Source: an uncultured Anaerolineales bacterium (GTDB taxonomy: Bacteria; Chloroflexota; Anaerolineae; Epilineales; JAANWY01). From it: 64,000 bases of DNA. Position numbers and translations under genes: made by a program. Under the pieces are notes generated by a model that had not been told where the DNA came from, made no database searches, and saw only the letters and a list, made by a program, of their open reading frames with translations. Below are positions 1 to 14,486 of the stretch, piece after piece (position 1 is the stretch's first letter; each line of letters begins with the position of its first letter). The stretch is from NCBI GenBank assembly GCA_964532665.1, contig CAZHMV010000002.1, positions 14,510 through 78,509 on the forward strand, read 5' to 3'.

Positions 1-466
1 GGCTGGCTCCGTCGAGATGGCGTAGGCAATTCGTATAGAAACCTGCGCGTATCTAATTGGCAGGCGCTGCGTTGTATCCCATGAAAGAGCGAGTTGGGAG
101 AAGAGTTTTCACATTCATTACACTTTCACAAACTGGTGGTAACATACGAATGTGAGAATCGTTTTCAGAAGCAGAACGCGTAAGATTCAATGCCATCACC
201 TCATCGAATTGGTACGAGGCCGGGGTGCAGATTTGCAGATGTATGTAAGTGGCACAGTATTGCCCCCCTCAGGAGGCCCGATATGACAACCTTGATCATC
301 ATCATAGCTCTGACATTGTTACTCGTCTGGTCAAATACGGAAGGCTCACGCGCCTAGTCAAAGTATTGCAGACTGTGAGAAGCCGGGCGCTGCCTATGGC
401 CGTGTAGTGGTTACTGGATAGCGGATGATCTGAGACGACCGATTGCATCTTCTTTTCTCCTCCTTT

Positions 467-506
467 GACAAAAGGGGCGAGACCCCAGAGGTCTCGCCCC
501 TTTTGT
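467..506. terminator. bidirectional rho-independent terminator hairpin
   Basis: 11-bp perfect stem GGGGCGAGACC/GGTCTCGCCCC followed by TTTTGTGT (+) and TTTTGTC (-); immediately 3' of the minus-strand hydrolase gene. Confidence 0.6.
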
Positions 507-529
507 GTGCCTGCTGTGCGAACAAGTAT

Positions 530-1216
530 TCACAGAGCGTAGCTCTCGCCGGGCTTGAGCACTACCACGCTGCTGTTCGTCTCATCCTTGACCTGCGCAG
601 CCCAGGCATCAACATCCTGTGCAATGAGATCAAAGGTATTGTAGTGCATCGGGATGACCACCTTCGGGCGAAGGAACTTGACCGCCTGTAGAGCATCCCT
701 CGGGCCCATTGTGAAATTGTCTCCAATGGGCAAGAGAGCCACGTCGATCTCGTTCATGTCACCATACAACTTCATATCCCCAAAGAGGGCAGTATCGGCG
801 GCATCATAGATCGTAGCGCCACCGGTCGTGACCAGAAAACCTGCCGGGTCACCACCGTAGCGCCCGTCTGGTAACATCGAGGTGTGATGTGCTATGGTCA
901 GTTGGACACGACCAAAGGGAAAGTTATAGCCACCTCCGATGTTCATCCCATGGCCACTTTCTGCCCCTTGCTCCTGGCAATAGTTGACGACCTCAAAGGT
1001 AGAGATGATTGTAGCACCCGTTCGTTTGGCAATCTCCACCGCGTCGCCCACGTGATCGAAGTGACCGTGGGAAATGAGGATGTAGTCAGGACTAACATCG
1101 TCTGGTCCGACGTCTGCCATGGGGTTATCAGACAGGAATGGATCGATTAGTAGCGTCGCGTCATCGCTCTCAACGGTCCAACACGCGTGACCGTGCCATG
1201 TGAGTGTTACCGACAT
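530..1216 (-). CDS. MBL-fold metal-dependent hydrolase (UPF0173-like)
   Basis: 228 aa; HGHFDH (HxHxDH) metallo-beta-lactamase motif; intact ORF. Confidence 0.85.
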   Translation of the reverse strand: MSVTLTWHGHACWTVESDDATLLIDPFLSDNPMADVGPDDVSPDYILISHGHFDHVGDAVEIAKRTGATIISTFEVVNYCQEQGAESGHGMNIGGGYNFPFGRVQLTIAHHTSMLPDGRYGGDPAGFLVTTGGATIYDAADTALFGDMKLYGDMNEIDVALLPIGDNFTMGPRDALQAVKFLRPKVVIPMHYNTFDLIAQDVDAWAAQVKDETNSSVVVLKPGESYAL

Positions 1217-1417
1217 AGATGCGACCTCCTTGCTGACACTGAAGAATGGGTGATGGGTCGGTTATGGGGTTCCAGTAGCCTCTCATGCAGGCTGACCTCA
1301 TTATAACACATTTTCCAACTCTAATGCAACACTCAGGCAACTCTCATCTTCCCTTAATCTTCAGCCTATATCCTTATGTACGACAATAAAGGTGACTAAC
1401 CTCCACCCCGAATTGTT

Positions 1418-1478
1418 GGCCCGAGATTGTCGCTCATGGGCAGAGTGGCAACCGTCGGGCCGTTGTTTTTGTGCCGGG
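1418..1478 (+). terminator. hairpin GGCCCGA..TCGGGCC followed by GTTGTTTTTGTG; end of first of two tandem non-coding units
   Basis: 7-bp GC stem with long loop then U-rich tract; read directly. Confidence 0.35.
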
Positions 1479-1663
1479 AGTCTAATCTCGGACGCGATGG
1501 GCGAAGGTCTCTGACCGAGCCGTCCCCTCAGTCAGAGACCTTCGGCAATCCAGCGGGCTGAGGGCAAAAGTCTAATCTTGGGCTAATCAAACTCTCATCT
1601 TCTGTTAATGTTTGGCACGCACAATGTAGCTGTCAGAGATTACCCCCCCTGACAGAAACGAGG

Positions 1664-1712
1664 GCTGGTTCATGGGGCGGAGCCAGCCCTCGCTTTCTTT
1701 TGTCACATGAAA
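1664..1712 (+). terminator. rho-independent terminator (GAGGGCTGG..CCAGCCCTC + GCTTTCTTTTGT)
   Basis: 9-bp GC-rich stem + U-tract; ends second tandem non-coding unit. Confidence 0.5.
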
Positions 1713-1749
1713 CTTCGGAAGTTTGACTAATCCCTAGCCGCTGCCATCC

Positions 1750-2220
1750 TCATGAAGCAGCCTTCTCTCGCAGCCGGCGCTCCTGCCGTGCCTCGGCCGC
1801 CTTCCATCGCCGCTGCTCCTCTTCTGTTTGCACGATGAGCGGCCGAACGGCCGTTGGCTGGCCGGCCTCGTCCAGCGCAACGTACACCAGATAGGCGGAT
1901 GACGTGTGGGTGACAGAACCGTCCAGGACATTCTCCGCCGTGACTTTCACGCCAACTTCCAAAGAGGTGTGCCCCACCCAGTTGACCTGCGCCTCCAGTG
2001 TCACCAGATGGCCGACGTAGACCGGCTGCAGAAAAGTCATCGTGTCCATAACAACGGTCACTACGGGCCGGCAGGCATGGCGTGTTGCACAGATGCCACC
2101 GGCGGTGTCCACCAGCTTCATGATGGTTCCACCATGCACATTCCCCATGGGATTGGCATCGGAGGGCATCATCAACTGGCTCATTACAGTTCTGGATTCT
2201 TCGACGGTCTTACCTTCCAT
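1750..2220 (-). CDS. acyl-CoA thioesterase, hotdog fold (YciA-like)
   Basis: 156 aa; NPMGNVHGG motif typical of YciA/acyl-CoA thioester hydrolases; start may be the internal Met (MSQLMMPSD). Confidence 0.8.
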   Translation of the reverse strand: MEGKTVEESRTVMSQLMMPSDANPMGNVHGGTIMKLVDTAGGICATRHACRPVVTVVMDTMTFLQPVYVGHLVTLEAQVNWVGHTSLEVGVKVTAENVLDGSVTHTSSAYLVYVALDEAGQPTAVRPLIVQTEEEQRRWKAAEARQERRLREKAAS

Positions 2221-2226
2221 GATTCT

Positions 2227-3066
2227 CTACATCTCCCCTTTCGGGTACGATCCGAGTATTCGCAGGTAAGAGGCAATCTCTTTCAGGTGGTTGATCCCAT
2301 TGCGGCAACGTTCCTCGGCCATGCTGCCGGCAAAGTCGAGATAGAAGAGGTACTCCCACGGCTTTCCTTTCAGGGGGCGTGACTCGATCTTGGTCAGGTC
2401 GATGTCACGCAACGCGAAAACACTCAGGGCCTTGAAGAGTACGCCGGGAACGTTCTTCGTGGCAAAAACGATGGAAGTCTTGGCCGGCAGTGGCGGTTCA
2501 ATCGGCTCGCGACCCATGATCAGAAACCGGGTGTAGTTCTCCGGGTTATCTTCAATTCCTTCTTTCAAGATCTCCATTTCGTACACCTGAGCAGCGCGCT
2601 GGCTTGCGATGGCTGCCGCGTCTTTGAGCCCTTCGGCCTTGATCAACGCCACGCTGCCGGCCGTGTCGTAGGTCGAGATGCGTTCGATGCCGGGTAGCCA
2701 GTCCAGCGTCTTTTCGCACTGGGCCAGTGCCTGAGGGTGCGAGTAGATCCGGCGGATGTCGGTGAGCTTTGTACCCGGGTTGACAATCAGGCAGTGGATG
2801 ATGCGCAGGTAGTGCTCACCGACGATGGAGAGATCGTGCTCCAGCAACAAGTCATAGTTGCGGTGAATGCTGCCGGCCAGGGAATTCTCGATGGCGACGA
2901 TCCCACGCTCGCACTTGCTGGCCTCGACACACGCAAACACCTCGTCGAAGGTCTCGCACGGCACCGGCTCAATCGCCTCACCGTCGAAGAACTCAACCGC
3001 CGCTGCTTCGCTGAAAGCGCCGCGCTCGCCCTGGAATGCTACTCGTAAGGTTCTCTTGTCCTTCAT
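2227..3066 (-). CDS. pheA: prephenate dehydratase with ACT domain
   Basis: 279 aa; ESRP signature (TKIESRPLKG); PDT + ACT architecture. Confidence 0.9.
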   Translation of the reverse strand: MKDKRTLRVAFQGERGAFSEAAAVEFFDGEAIEPVPCETFDEVFACVEASKCERGIVAIENSLAGSIHRNYDLLLEHDLSIVGEHYLRIIHCLIVNPGTKLTDIRRIYSHPQALAQCEKTLDWLPGIERISTYDTAGSVALIKAEGLKDAAAIASQRAAQVYEMEILKEGIEDNPENYTRFLIMGREPIEPPLPAKTSIVFATKNVPGVLFKALSVFALRDIDLTKIESRPLKGKPWEYLFYLDFAGSMAEERCRNGINHLKEIASYLRILGSYPKGEM

Positions 3067-3110
3067 GCACCTCTCCTTGCAAGATCTTGCTTCTGCACAA
3101 CAGAGGTGCG

Positions 3111-3190
3111 CAAAACGTGAAGCGTGAAACGCGAAGACCGTAGGTGTGTCGCGTGATCATCACGTTTCACGTTTTACGTTTCACGCACGC
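3111..3190. repeat. family-B heptamer-array hairpin (CGTGAAA/ACGTTTT arms); right arm overlaps the argH stop
   Basis: aaaacgtgaagcgtgaaacgcgaag ... cacgtttcacgttttacgtttcacgc inverted arrays read directly. Confidence 0.75.
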
Positions 3191-4577
3191 GTTGCTGAGC
3201 CTCGCTTGCTGTCGTTAACAGCTCGCGGGCCTGGGCAATCTGGTGTTGTACCGCCGTCGGCGCTGTCCCGCCAATCACATTCTTGACGCGGATCGAGCGA
3301 CTGAAGTCAAACGTCTCGTAGACGTCTGCTTCAAAGGCGGCGTGCTCGGCCTGAAAGTCTTCGATGGACAACTGCCGCAACGCCACATCTCGCGCGCCTG
3401 CCTTGCGAACCAGCCGGCCTACCACGCCGTGGGCTTCGCGAAACGGGACGCCGCGCCGCACCAGGTAGTCGGCCAGGTCGGTGGCGAGCGTCGCATCGTC
3501 CAGGGCCGCTGCCATACGCACTTCGTCCACGTGCAGCGTCCCGACGACGCCGGCTACGACAGGCAAGGTTATCACAAGGGTATCGATGCTGTCAAACAGC
3601 GGCTCCTTGTCCTCCTGCAAGTCCTTGTTGTAGGTGGACGGCAGCCCCTTCAATGTCGTCAACAACCCGACCAGGTGGCCGATCAGCCGGCCGGCCTTGC
3701 CCCGAGACAGCTCCAGGGCATCCGGGTTCATCTTCTGCGGCATCAGGCTCGATCCGGTGGCGTAGGCTTCGTCGATATGCACAAAGCCAAACTCGTCGCT
3801 GGAGTAGAGGATCAGATCTTCGGCCAGCCGGCTCATGTGCACGCCGATGAGCGCGGCCGCGAAGAGGAACTCGGCGATGAAATCGCGGTCGCTCACGGCG
3901 TCCATACTGTTCGGGGTAACACTGTGAAATCCCAACTCCCGGGCCAGGAAATCGCGGTCGATTCCCAGGGCGTTGCCGGCCAGCGCGCCGGCCCCCAGAG
4001 GCAATACGGCTGTGCGTTCGGTGCAGCCGGCCAGCCGCTCCCGATCCCGCTGCAACATCCAGAAGTACGACATCAGCCAATGGCTGAAGAGCACCGGCTG
4101 CGCCTGTCGCAGATGGGTATAGCCCGGCATCAAGGCATCCAGGTGCGCTTCGGCCTGGGTGATGATAGCGTGCTGCAGCTCCTGCAGGTGCTCGTCGATG
4201 CGGTCGATGGCTTCCAGCAGGAACAGCCGCACATCAGTGGCTACCTGGTCGTTGCGGGAGCGACCGGTGTGCAGCTTGCCGGCCACCTCGCCCACCCGTT
4301 CGTGCAGCCGGCGCTCGACCGCGGTATGGATGTCCTCGTCGCCCGGCTTCACCTCGAAGGTGCCGGCGGCGAACTCGCCACGCACCTGCTCCAATCCGTC
4401 GATCAGCGTGTCACGCTCGGTCTCGCTGATGAGGCCGGCGCGCGCCAGCGCCCGGGCGTACGCCACCGAGCCGGTGATGTCAGCGTCGTACAGCCGGCGG
4501 TCGAACCCGATGGAGGCGTTGAACTGCTCCATCAGCTCGTCGGTCGGTTTTTCAAAACGTCCACCCCAGAGTTTCAT
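3174..4577 (-). CDS. argH: argininosuccinate lyase
   Basis: MKLWGGRF N-terminus, fumarate lyase family; GAGGG Shine-Dalgarno 8 nt upstream of ATG 4577 (track ORF uses upstream GTG 4589). Confidence 0.93.
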   Translation of the reverse strand: MKLWGGRFEKPTDELMEQFNASIGFDRRLYDADITGSVAYARALARAGLISETERDTLIDGLEQVRGEFAAGTFEVKPGDEDIHTAVERRLHERVGEVAGKLHTGRSRNDQVATDVRLFLLEAIDRIDEHLQELQHAIITQAEAHLDALMPGYTHLRQAQPVLFSHWLMSYFWMLQRDRERLAGCTERTAVLPLGAGALAGNALGIDRDFLARELGFHSVTPNSMDAVSDRDFIAEFLFAAALIGVHMSRLAEDLILYSSDEFGFVHIDEAYATGSSLMPQKMNPDALELSRGKAGRLIGHLVGLLTTLKGLPSTYNKDLQEDKEPLFDSIDTLVITLPVVAGVVGTLHVDEVRMAAALDDATLATDLADYLVRRGVPFREAHGVVGRLVRKAGARDVALRQLSIEDFQAEHAAFEADVYETFDFSRSIRVKNVIGGTAPTAVQHQIAQARELLTTASEAQQRVRET

Positions 4578-4585
4578 GGTTACCC

Positions 4586-5854
4586 TCACGTCCGATAGTC
4601 CGCATTGATCCGCACGTAGTCTACGGACAGGTCACACGTCCACACGGTCGCCTCGTCATCCCCAAGCCCCAGATCGATGATGATGTCGATGTCCTCGCCA
4701 GCCAAGATCTGCGCCGCAGCCGCCTCATCAACCCGAAAAGGCCGGCCATCCCTCACCAACTGTAGCGACCGCCCCCCGAGTTCCTCCGAGTTCCCCTGAG
4801 TTCCCCCCAGTTCCCCTCCGCCTTCGGCAAACCACAACCCAATCCGCTCCGGATCCACCTCCACCCCGCTGTACCCGACCGCCGCCAGCACGCGGCCCCA
4901 GTTGGCATCTTCGCCGTGCAAGGCGGTCTTGACCAGGGGCGAGCGGGCCACGGCCGTGGCGACCTGTTTGGCATCGCCGGCTGATGGCGCTCCGCGCACG
5001 TGGATCGTGATGAACTTAGTGGCTCCTTCGCCATCACGTACGATCTTCTGCGCCAGGGTGGTGGCGACGGCTGTCACGGCATCCCGGAACGCGCCGAATT
5101 TCTCGGAGTTGGGATGGTCGATGCTCACGCCGGATGCCCCGTTTGCCAGCAGCAGGACCGTGTCGTTGGTGCTGGTATCGCCATCGACGGTGATGCAGTT
5201 GAAGGAGCGGTCCACGGCATGGCGCAGGGCCTGATCCAGCAGGTCGGGGGGCACGGCGGCGTCGGTGGCCAGCACGGCCAGCATGGTGGCCATGTTGGGG
5301 TGGATCATGCCGGCCCCCTTGGCCAAGCCGGCCACCGTCACGTCGCCGGCGCTGAGCCAGACCCGCACGGCGGCTTCCTTGGGCACGGTGTCGGTGGTCA
5401 TGATGGCTCGCGCGGCGTCGTGCCCGCCGTCGGGGGCGAGGGTGCTTGCGGCATGGGTGATGCCGGCGGCGATCCTGGCCATGTCCAGCGGCTGCCCGAT
5501 CACACCGGTGGACATCACCCACACCTGATCCGGCTCACAGCCGGCGGCCTCGGCCGTGAGCTCCGCCATGCGTCGGGCATCCCGCAGGCCCTGGTCGCCA
5601 GTGACGGCGTTGGCGTTGCCGCTGTTGACGACCACGGCGCGGATCGCGGTGGGATTCCGCGCCAGCAGTGCCTGATCGTACAGCACAGGCGCCGCCTTCA
5701 CGCGGTTGGTGGTGAAAACCGCCGCGGCCGTGCACGGTCGCTCCGACACCAGCAGGGCCAGGTCCAGCGCATCGCCAGGCTTCAGGCCACAGTGGACGCC
5801 GGCGGCGCGGAAGCCGGCCACATCGGTGATCGATCCGTCCGGAGTTCTTTGCAT
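4586..5854 (-). CDS. argJ: bifunctional glutamate N-acetyltransferase / amino-acid acetyltransferase ArgJ; carries in-frame repeat insert near C-terminus
   Basis: conserved ArgJ core and C-terminus (...TVWTCDLSVDYVRINADYRT); likely start MQRTPDGSITDV at 5854 (track ORF runs to 6097 through a repeat); ~16-aa GGELGGTQGNSEELGG insertion. Confidence 0.9.
   Translation of the reverse strand: MQRTPDGSITDVAGFRAAGVHCGLKPGDALDLALLVSERPCTAAAVFTTNRVKAAPVLYDQALLARNPTAIRAVVVNSGNANAVTGDQGLRDARRMAELTAEAAGCEPDQVWVMSTGVIGQPLDMARIAAGITHAASTLAPDGGHDAARAIMTTDTVPKEAAVRVWLSAGDVTVAGLAKGAGMIHPNMATMLAVLATDAAVPPDLLDQALRHAVDRSFNCITVDGDTSTNDTVLLLANGASGVSIDHPNSEKFGAFRDAVTAVATTLAQKIVRDGEGATKFITIHVRGAPSAGDAKQVATAVARSPLVKTALHGEDANWGRVLAAVGYSGVEVDPERIGLWFAEGGGELGGTQGNSEELGGRSLQLVRDGRPFRVDEAAAAQILAGEDIDIIIDLGLGDDEATVWTCDLSVDYVRINADYRT
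4768..4830. repeat. GAGTTCC (GGAACTC) 10-bp-period tandem array inside argJ, in frame
   Basis: cgagttcctccgagttcccctgagttccccccagttcccc read directly; same unit as carB insert at 8724-8832 and intergenic 5995-6060. Confidence 0.8.
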
Positions 5855-5994
5855 GATCTGCCTCTTTGAGCTCGCATGTTCGATATGATACAAACGCCCG
5901 ATCGCCCTTAATCCCGACAACAGCGACCCATCGGATGCCCGCCGTCTTCTCCAGGCGACTTGAGACGAAGGTTGGCCCTGAGCTATTGCGCTCT

Positions 5995-6060
5995 CTTCAG
6001 TTTTCCTGAGTCCCTCCGAAGTTCCTCTGAGTTCCCCTTCTCCTTCAGTCTCGCTTGAAC
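5995..6060. repeat. GAGTTCC-type array at the argG 3' end / argJ upstream region
   Basis: tgagtccctccgaagttcctctgagttcccc; overlaps the last codons/stop of argG. Confidence 0.6.
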
Positions 6061-7304
6061 TTCGCGTAGTCCGGCTGACGATAGCGCGACACGCCAAAGC
6101 CGTCGATTTCCATCAGGGCCCGCACTTTCATCGGCAATCCGAAAAGATTGATGAAGCCCACGGCGTCCGTCTGGTCGTAGACGTCCTCCTGGCCGAAGGT
6201 GGCGAAGTCCTCGCGGTACAGGCTGTGAGGTGAGCGCCGGCCGGCCACGGTGCAGTTCCCCTTGTACAGCTTCAGCCGCACCTCGCCGGTCACTGTCTCC
6301 TGAGTCTTCTGCACAAAAGCGTCCAGGGCCTCGCGCAGCGGCGTGAACCATTTGCCGTAGTACACGATTTCGGCGTAGCGTTGGGCGATTACATCCTTGT
6401 AGTGGAGCGTGTCACGATCCAGACAGAGCGACTCCAGCTCCTTGTGAGCGATGCTGAGAATCGTTCCCCCGGGCGTTTCGTAGATACCTCGTGACTTCAT
6501 CCCAACCAGCCGGTTCTCGACCAGGTCCACACGACCAACCCCGTGTTCCCCACCGATGGCGTTGAGCTTCTCGACCAACTCCACCGGTCCATAGACAACA
6601 CCGTCAATCTTCACCGGGACCCCTTCCTTGAACTCGATGGTCACATAGCGTGGCCTGTCCGGTGCATCCTCGGGGGCCACCGTGAGGATGAACACGTCCT
6701 TGTCCGGCTCGTTCCACGGGTCTTCCAGCAGGCCGCCCTCGTGGCTTATGTGCCAGAGGTTGCGGTCGCGGCTGTAGATAGACTTCTCCGTAGCAGCCAC
6801 CGGCACATCATGGGCCTTGGCGTAGGCCAGTGCATCCTCGCGGGACCGGATGTCCCATTCCCGCCAGGGCGCGATCACCTTGAGTTTGGGGTTGAGTGCC
6901 TTGTACGTCAGCTCAAAGCGCACCTGGTCGTTACCCTTGCCGGTGCAGCCGTGGGCGACGGCGTCGGCACCTTCCAGCTCTGCGATCTCGACCTGCCGGC
7001 GCGCGATAAGCGGCCGCGCAAACGACGTCCCCAGCAGGTACTTGCGCTCGTAGACAGCGCCGGCCTGCAGCACGGGCCAGATGAACTCCGTGACGAACTC
7101 GTGCCGCAAGTCGTCGATGTAGACCTTGCTGGCCCCGGTGGCCAGACCCTTCTCCTCCAGCCCTTCCAACTCCTCCCCCTGGCCGATGTTGGCCGAAAAG
7201 GCAATCACCTCGCAGCCGTAATTCTCCTTCAGCCAGGGCACGATTACCGACGTATCCAGACCGCCGGAGTACGCCAGTACCACTTTTTGGATCCGATCTC
7301 GCAT
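6045..7304 (-). CDS. argG: argininosuccinate synthase
   Basis: 419 aa; [11 protein letters not shown]-loop; AAGGAGG RBS 9 nt upstream of ATG 7304. Confidence 0.95.
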   Translation of the reverse strand: MRDRIQKVVLAYSGGLDTSVIVPWLKENYGCEVIAFSANIGQGEELEGLEEKGLATGASKVYIDDLRHEFVTEFIWPVLQAGAVYERKYLLGTSFARPLIARRQVEIAELEGADAVAHGCTGKGNDQVRFELTYKALNPKLKVIAPWREWDIRSREDALAYAKAHDVPVAATEKSIYSRDRNLWHISHEGGLLEDPWNEPDKDVFILTVAPEDAPDRPRYVTIEFKEGVPVKIDGVVYGPVELVEKLNAIGGEHGVGRVDLVENRLVGMKSRGIYETPGGTILSIAHKELESLCLDRDTLHYKDVIAQRYAEIVYYGKWFTPLREALDAFVQKTQETVTGEVRLKLYKGNCTVAGRRSPHSLYREDFATFGQEDVYDQTDAVGFINLFGLPMKVRALMEIDGFGVSRYRQPDYAKFKRD

Positions 7305-7317
7305 TGCTTATACCTCC

Positions 7318-7417
7318 TTGTTAGTGATCAGTGAACAGTAATCAGTGAACAGTAATCAGAAATCGGTGGCCGAAGCAACTGATCACTGATCACTGATTAC
7401 TGATCACTGATCACTGG

Positions 7418-7425
<8 letters not shown>
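7318..7425. repeat. family-A heptamer-array hairpin (CAGTRAT x4-5 / ATYACTG x4-5) between carB stop and argG RBS
   Basis: gtgatcagtgaacagtaatcagtgaacagtaatcag ... ctgatcactgatcactgattactgatcactgatcactg; terminal cagtaa supplies the carB TAA stop. Confidence 0.85.
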
Positions 7426-10813
<3,388 letters not shown>

Positions 10814-10844
10814 TGATACTTGTCAGATCGAGAAAAGCCGGCTA

Positions 10845-10925
10845 AAATACAGTAAACAGTGATCAGTCATCAGTGATCAGAATATCACACTGATGACTGA
10901 TCACTGATAACTGGACACTGGTCAC
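10845..10925. repeat. family-A heptamer-array hairpin upstream of carB
   Basis: cagtgatcagtcatcagtgatcag aatatcaca ctgatgactgatcactgataactg. Confidence 0.85.
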
Positions 10926-10941
10926 TGAAAAGGGAGGCTTG

Positions 10942-11400
10942 ATGGATCCTCGAATGGCAGCCCGAGAATGGTTTCTGGATAAGCCGGGCAACAACAAATA
11001 CGACATTGAAGTTCACGTTCAGCGATCTTTCTGGCATAATGGTTTCGGTGAAGCCTTTTTCCGCTGTACGAAAGCGGATCCTCCGTACAAATGTGTCGGG
11101 TTCTGGCGTGGCCAGGAAATCGAGTTCGAGTGGGTGCCTCGCCAATGGCTGACCCTGTCTATGCAGGAATACGATGCCGGTGTTGTCGATGGTTTCAGCG
11201 GCGTCATGCACCTTAAACCCTCACTTCGGTACACTGTCGTCGCGTCGTCGAATAGTCACAACCCCGATGAGGGGGAGCCGGCTGAAGCCGAACCCACCAC
11301 TCAGGAGCAGTTTGTTGTCGAATGGCACGTTCGCGATGTCGAGCAGCGGCTGCGCGAACTGGCGGAGCAGGCCGGCGTGCGAGATGTGCAGCGGGTGTAG
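10942..11400 (+). CDS. hypothetical Trp-rich protein of atypical composition, inserted between carB and carA on the opposite strand
   Basis: 152 aa intact ORF; AGGGAGG RBS 4 nt upstream of ATG; A/T-rich third codon positions unlike flanking genes; no recognisable domain. Confidence 0.45.
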   Translation: MDPRMAAREWFLDKPGNNKYDIEVHVQRSFWHNGFGEAFFRCTKADPPYKCVGFWRGQEIEFEWVPRQWLTLSMQEYDAGVVDGFSGVMHLKPSLRYTVVASSNSHNPDEGEPAEAEPTTQEQFVVEWHVRDVEQRLRELAEQAGVRDVQRV

Positions 11401-11496
11401 GGTGCAGATGCAGCCGCGTTGCCGGCGAGAGCCGCCGAATGAATTCGCCGGCTGATACCGCCAAACCCGTTGAAACGGGTTCGGATCGCTTGTCGA

Positions 11497-11525
11497 ACGC
11501 GCTTCAGCGCGTTTTCGGTAGCAGG
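11497..11525 (+). terminator. hairpin GAACGCGC-TTCA-GCGCGTT + TTTCGG
   Basis: 8-bp stem then U-run; 3' of the + strand ORF, next to a second hairpin AACCCGTT-GAA-ACGGGTT. Confidence 0.4.
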
Positions 11526-11533
11526 CCGCGAAT

Positions 11534-12700
11534 TCATTCGTGGCCGGTGTCAGCCACGAATTCACTCGTTGCTTGCATCATCTCTGTAAACCGCCGAAAC
11601 AAATACATCGCATCGTGCGGCCCGGGCGATGCCTCCGGGTGGTACTGCACACCAAAAGCCGGCCACTCCCGATGCTGCAGCCCCTCCACCGTCCCGTCGT
11701 TCAGATTCACGTGCGTCACCTCGACACTGGCCGGCAGCGAATCCGCATCGACGGCGAAGCCGTGGTTGTGGGTGGTGATCTCCACCGCACCGGTGGCCAG
11801 CTGCTTCACCGGTTGATTCCCCCCCCGATGGCCGAACTTCAGCTTATAGGTCGATCCTCCCAGTGCCAACCCGAGAATCTGGTGCCCCAGGCAAATGCCG
11901 AAGATGGGCACCCGCCCAAGGAGTTGCCGAACGTTCCGCACGGCATAGTCAGCGGCGGCCGGATCGCCAGGACCGTTGGACAGGAACACGCCCTCGGGCC
12001 GTAGATCGAGAACGTCTTCAGCCCCGGTGTAGGCCGGCACCACCATCACCCGACAGCCGTGGTCGTGCAACAGGCGCAGGATGTTGTGCTTGATGCCGAA
12101 GTCGTACGCGACAACGCGGAACGTCGGAGCATCAGCAACGATTTCCTTCGCTTGACCCGGGAGCGCCGGACGTACTCCTCCACGCCAGGTGTACGCCTCC
12201 TTGCACGTGACCACTTCCACCAAATCCCGCCCGACCATGGCCGGCGCCTGCCGGGCTTTACGGACCAGGCTGCCGGAGTCGAGATCCACTGTTGATAGGA
12301 CGCCTCGCATAGCGCCTTCGGACCGAATGTGACGAACCAGGGCGCGGGTATCGACGTCGGTGATGCCCACCACGCCGTGCTCACGCATCCACGATTCCAG
12401 ATCGGACCAGGCGCGCCAGTTGCTGGGCCAGGCGTGATACTCGCGCACCACAAAGCCCTCCACCCAGGGCCGGCCCGATTCCAGGTCATCCGGGTTTACC
12501 CCCACGTTGCCGATGTGCGGGGTCGTCATGACCACGATCTGGCCGCAGTACGACGGATCGGTCAGAATCTCCTGGTAGCCGGTCATCGACGTGGTGAACA
12601 CCACCTCGCCGGCCCGCTCGCCAGTCGCCCCGAACGCCCGTCCTGCAAAAACGGTTCCATCTTCTAGAGCCAGCAAGGCCGGCTGCTGTAGTCCCCTCAT
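11534..12700 (-). CDS. carA: carbamoyl-phosphate synthase small subunit (glutamine amidotransferase)
   Basis: CPSase small-chain N-domain + class-I GATase (GICLGHQ..H..E); likely start [15 protein letters not shown] (track ORF runs upstream through repeat B2). Confidence 0.93.
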   Translation of the reverse strand: MRGLQQPALLALEDGTVFAGRAFGATGERAGEVVFTTSMTGYQEILTDPSYCGQIVVMTTPHIGNVGVNPDDLESGRPWVEGFVVREYHAWPSNWRAWSDLESWMREHGVVGITDVDTRALVRHIRSEGAMRGVLSTVDLDSGSLVRKARQAPAMVGRDLVEVVTCKEAYTWRGGVRPALPGQAKEIVADAPTFRVVAYDFGIKHNILRLLHDHGCRVMVVPAYTGAEDVLDLRPEGVFLSNGPGDPAAADYAVRNVRQLLGRVPIFGICLGHQILGLALGGSTYKLKFGHRGGNQPVKQLATGAVEITTHNHGFAVDADSLPASVEVTHVNLNDGTVEGLQHREWPAFGVQYHPEASPGPHDAMYLFRRFTEMMQATSEFVADTGHE

Positions 12701-12702
12701 CT

Positions 12703-12740
12703 CACCGAATACGCAATACGCAATACGCAGTACGAACGCC
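12703..12740. repeat. family-B half element (ACGCAAT ACGCAAT ACGCAGT ACG), one arm only
   Basis: ctcaccgaatacgcaatacgcaatacgcagtacgaacgcc between GNAT stop and carA start. Confidence 0.7.
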
Positions 12741-13246
12741 CTATCCGGCCGCGACCGACATCGTCTGACCCACCAACTCGTCCGCTGCATCCTTCTTGTC
12801 GAGAACCATCGCCACCTCATCACACTCTGGAAACTTGGCGCAGTGCACACAATCCTTCCAGACTTTGCGAGGGAAGCGTTCCATCTCCGTCACCGCGAAA
12901 CCCAGCTTCTCGAAGAAGCCGACCGCCTTGGTCAGCGTGAACACGGTCGGAACCCTGATTTCCTCCGCATCGATCAGAAGCTGCTCCACGATGGTCCGGC
13001 CGACCCCGTTCCCCTGACGGCCAGGGCGGATCACCACCGACCGGACCTCGGCCAGCTCCGGCCCCAACACGACCAGCGCCCCACAGCCGGCGATCCCCTG
13101 TTCGTCCTCGACGACGACCCAACTGCGGATGCTCTCGCACACACTGTCCAGCGAGCGCGGCAGCACGTCGCCGGTTGTGCGGAACCAGTAATTGACCAAA
13201 TCGGTAATCGCTTGTGCGTCAGCCAATGTGGCCCTTCGCAACTTCA

Positions 13247-13247
<1 letters not shown>
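12741..13247 (-). CDS. GNAT-family N-acetyltransferase; candidate short-form N-acetylglutamate synthase
   Basis: 168 aa; acetyl-CoA motif [15 protein letters not shown]; embedded between argD and carA in the arg cluster. Confidence 0.7.
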
Positions 13248-14467
<1,220 letters not shown>

Positions 14468-14486
14468 GATTTGCTCCTTCGATGAG

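Noticed and set aside
3243-4598. Large antisense ORFs (for example 3243-4598 +, 5000-5869 +, 7856-9439 +, 15526-16686 +, 22643-23761 +, 35715-36473 -, 51036-51929 -)
   Set aside because: They overlap well-supported genes on the opposite strand, have Arg/Gly/Pro/His-rich low-complexity translations typical of antisense frames in high-GC DNA, and lack RBS.
4586-6097. Long N-terminal extensions of argJ (to 6097), carA (to 12850), argD (to 14572), argC (to 16500), proS and dnaX in the ORF track
   Set aside because: The extensions read through repeat hairpins (giving pseudo-peptides such as YCVLRKT/LASYVLR), lack RBS, and the conserved protein N-termini begin at internal Met codons with good Shine-Dalgarno sequences.
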